From Ignavibacteriota bacterium (lineage in GTDB: Bacteria; Bacteroidota; Ignavibacteria; UBA10030): a stretch of 61,551 nt of DNA. The number at the start of each line of letters is the position of its first letter. The first letter of the stretch is position 1. The translations under genes were made by a program, and so were the position numbers. Below are positions 60,547 to 61,551 of this stretch, piece after piece. The notes below the pieces were generated by a model that had not been told where the DNA came from, searched no databases, and saw only the letters and a list, made by a program, of their open reading frames with translations. The stretch is taken from NCBI GenBank assembly GCA_003142575.1, contig PLMS01000114.1:8227-69777 (forward strand), in the 5' to 3' direction.

Positions 60547-61551
60547 ATGAAAATGGTTAGTCAAAATATACCACAGCAAAATCTTCAATCGATGCACGAA
60601 CTTACACCTCGTGACGACAATAAGAAAATCGTCAGCGAGGTCTTGAAACACGTTGATCAATTGATCCGGAAAGGCGAACTGGATTGTGCACAGAGAGAAA
60701 TTATTAAAGCCAAAGAACTTGACCCTCGAAACGCCTACGCATTTGCATTGGAAGAACGAATTTCCGCCCTTAAAACAGAGTTCGAATGTACTAAAATAGA
60801 GACCGAATGTACGGAGGATATAAAACGTCTTGATGAATTTATACAATCAAGCATTACTTCCGAGCTTCCCCAACCTGTAGCCGAGACTCTGTCGATGCCG
60901 CCTTTATCGAGACCCGCACCGATTGTCACAAGTAAGACACTCGTTCCATTAACAGCAACTTTACCATCGCTCCCATTCGATGGACCTACAAATAGGGCAA
61001 TAAAAAACTATGAACCGCAGCAAGAGCGTGTTGTTGATCGGAGTATTGAGTTGGAATCTTATCGTAAGACACTTGCTGAGATGTGGTATGACGGGACATT
61101 GACACCAGATGAAAAGCATCGTCTCAATGAGTTACGGACATTGCTGGAAATTACAGACGCTGAACATGAGGGAATCGAAAAGAATGTGAAGCGAGAATGC
61201 TACAAGAGTGTCATTATTCGGCAATTATCTAATAATCCAATTTCTTTATCCGATGCGAAATCTCTTTCTGATCTACGAAGTACATTTCAAATCTCCGAAG
61301 AGGAACATGTGCAAATTCAAACGCAGTTGATGAATGTTTTTCAACATAAACAGAGGAACAAGATTCTCGTCATCGACGATGACACACGGCTTTTAGAATT
61401 ACTTGAAGCATCGTTGGAAGACAATGGGTTCGATGTCACAGCGTTATCAACATCCGACGAGGCATACGCGTTACTCCGAAAGTTTGTCCCTGATCTGATT
61501 CTCTGTGATATTAATCTTGAGACCTCAACTATGGGCGGTTTTACATTCTAT
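60547..61551 (+). CDS. Paralogous response regulator (3' end cut by window edge)
   Basis: Not in the ORF track because no stop lies in the window. My own translation from ATG 60547 gives MKMVSQNIPQQ...YRKTLAEMWYDGTLTPDEKHRLNELRTLLEITDAEHE...KILVIDDDTRLL...PDLILCDINLETSTMGGF. It is collinear with 59175..60302. Confidence 0.65.
   Translation, partial: MKMVSQNIPQQNLQSMHELTPRDDNKKIVSEVLKHVDQLIRKGELDCAQREIIKAKELDPRNAYAFALEERISALKTEFECTKIETECTEDIKRLDEFIQSSITSELPQPVAETLSMPPLSRPAPIVTSKTLVPLTATLPSLPFDGPTNRAIKNYEPQQERVVDRSIELESYRKTLAEMWYDGTLTPDEKHRLNELRTLLEITDAEHEGIEKNVKRECYKSVIIRQLSNNPISLSDAKSLSDLRSTFQISEEEHVQIQTQLMNVFQHKQRNKILVIDDDTRLLELLEASLEDNGFDVTALSTSDEAYALLRKFVPDLILCDINLETSTMGGFTFY

Overview
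The window is host chromosome (about 1-14727 and 55804-61551) interrupted by a ~41.1-kb Mu-like transposable prophage (about 14728-55803). All calls come from reading the sequence and the ORF track; no searches were run.

Host left flank, all on the minus strand:
- a truncated Big-domain lipoprotein
- a type IV pilus-like operon (PilT-family ATPase, PilM/N-like, PilO/P-like, secretin)
- a decayed ISNCY-type transposase remnant
- two PAS sensors that share an unassigned Cys-rich C-terminal module
- a NarL-type kinase/response-regulator pair

Host right flank: uvrB, a ComF-family protein and two tandem paralogous response regulators.

The prophage encodes a MuA-type DDE transposase, a MuB-like AAA+ protein, a GemA-like protein, Mu-type portal (DUF935), MuF, gpI protease, gpT capsid, and gp36/gp37/G-like head-completion proteins. 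It has a non-contractile tail module (two tube paralogs, a frameshifted chaperone pair, tape measure). I found no integrase and no sheath.

Its layout is unusual. Two arms diverge from a central repressor/operator region. The left arm (minus strand) runs lysis, protease, capsid, tail. The right arm (plus strand) runs early genes, terminase, portal, MuF.

Signals worth a second look:
1. Eleven arrays of an 8-nt unit (AATCACYC), all on the same DNA strand, sitting at gene junctions and even inside the transposase gene.
2. Two further dispersed palindrome families at gene boundaries.
3. An A9 slippery run joining the portal frame to a start-less 289-codon frame that contains the MuF domain.
4. 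An intrinsic terminator directly upstream of each late arm, preceded by a clear promoter on the right arm and only a -10-like hexamer on the left. This suggests antitermination control of late genes.
5. A promoter-driven GC-rich structured element.
6. A 3.9-kb cassette between terminase and portal.
7. Signal-peptide-like N-termini on the capsid protein and two other structural proteins.

The host is probably an FCB-group bacterium (Ignavibacteriota/Bacteroidota-like), but that cannot be verified here.
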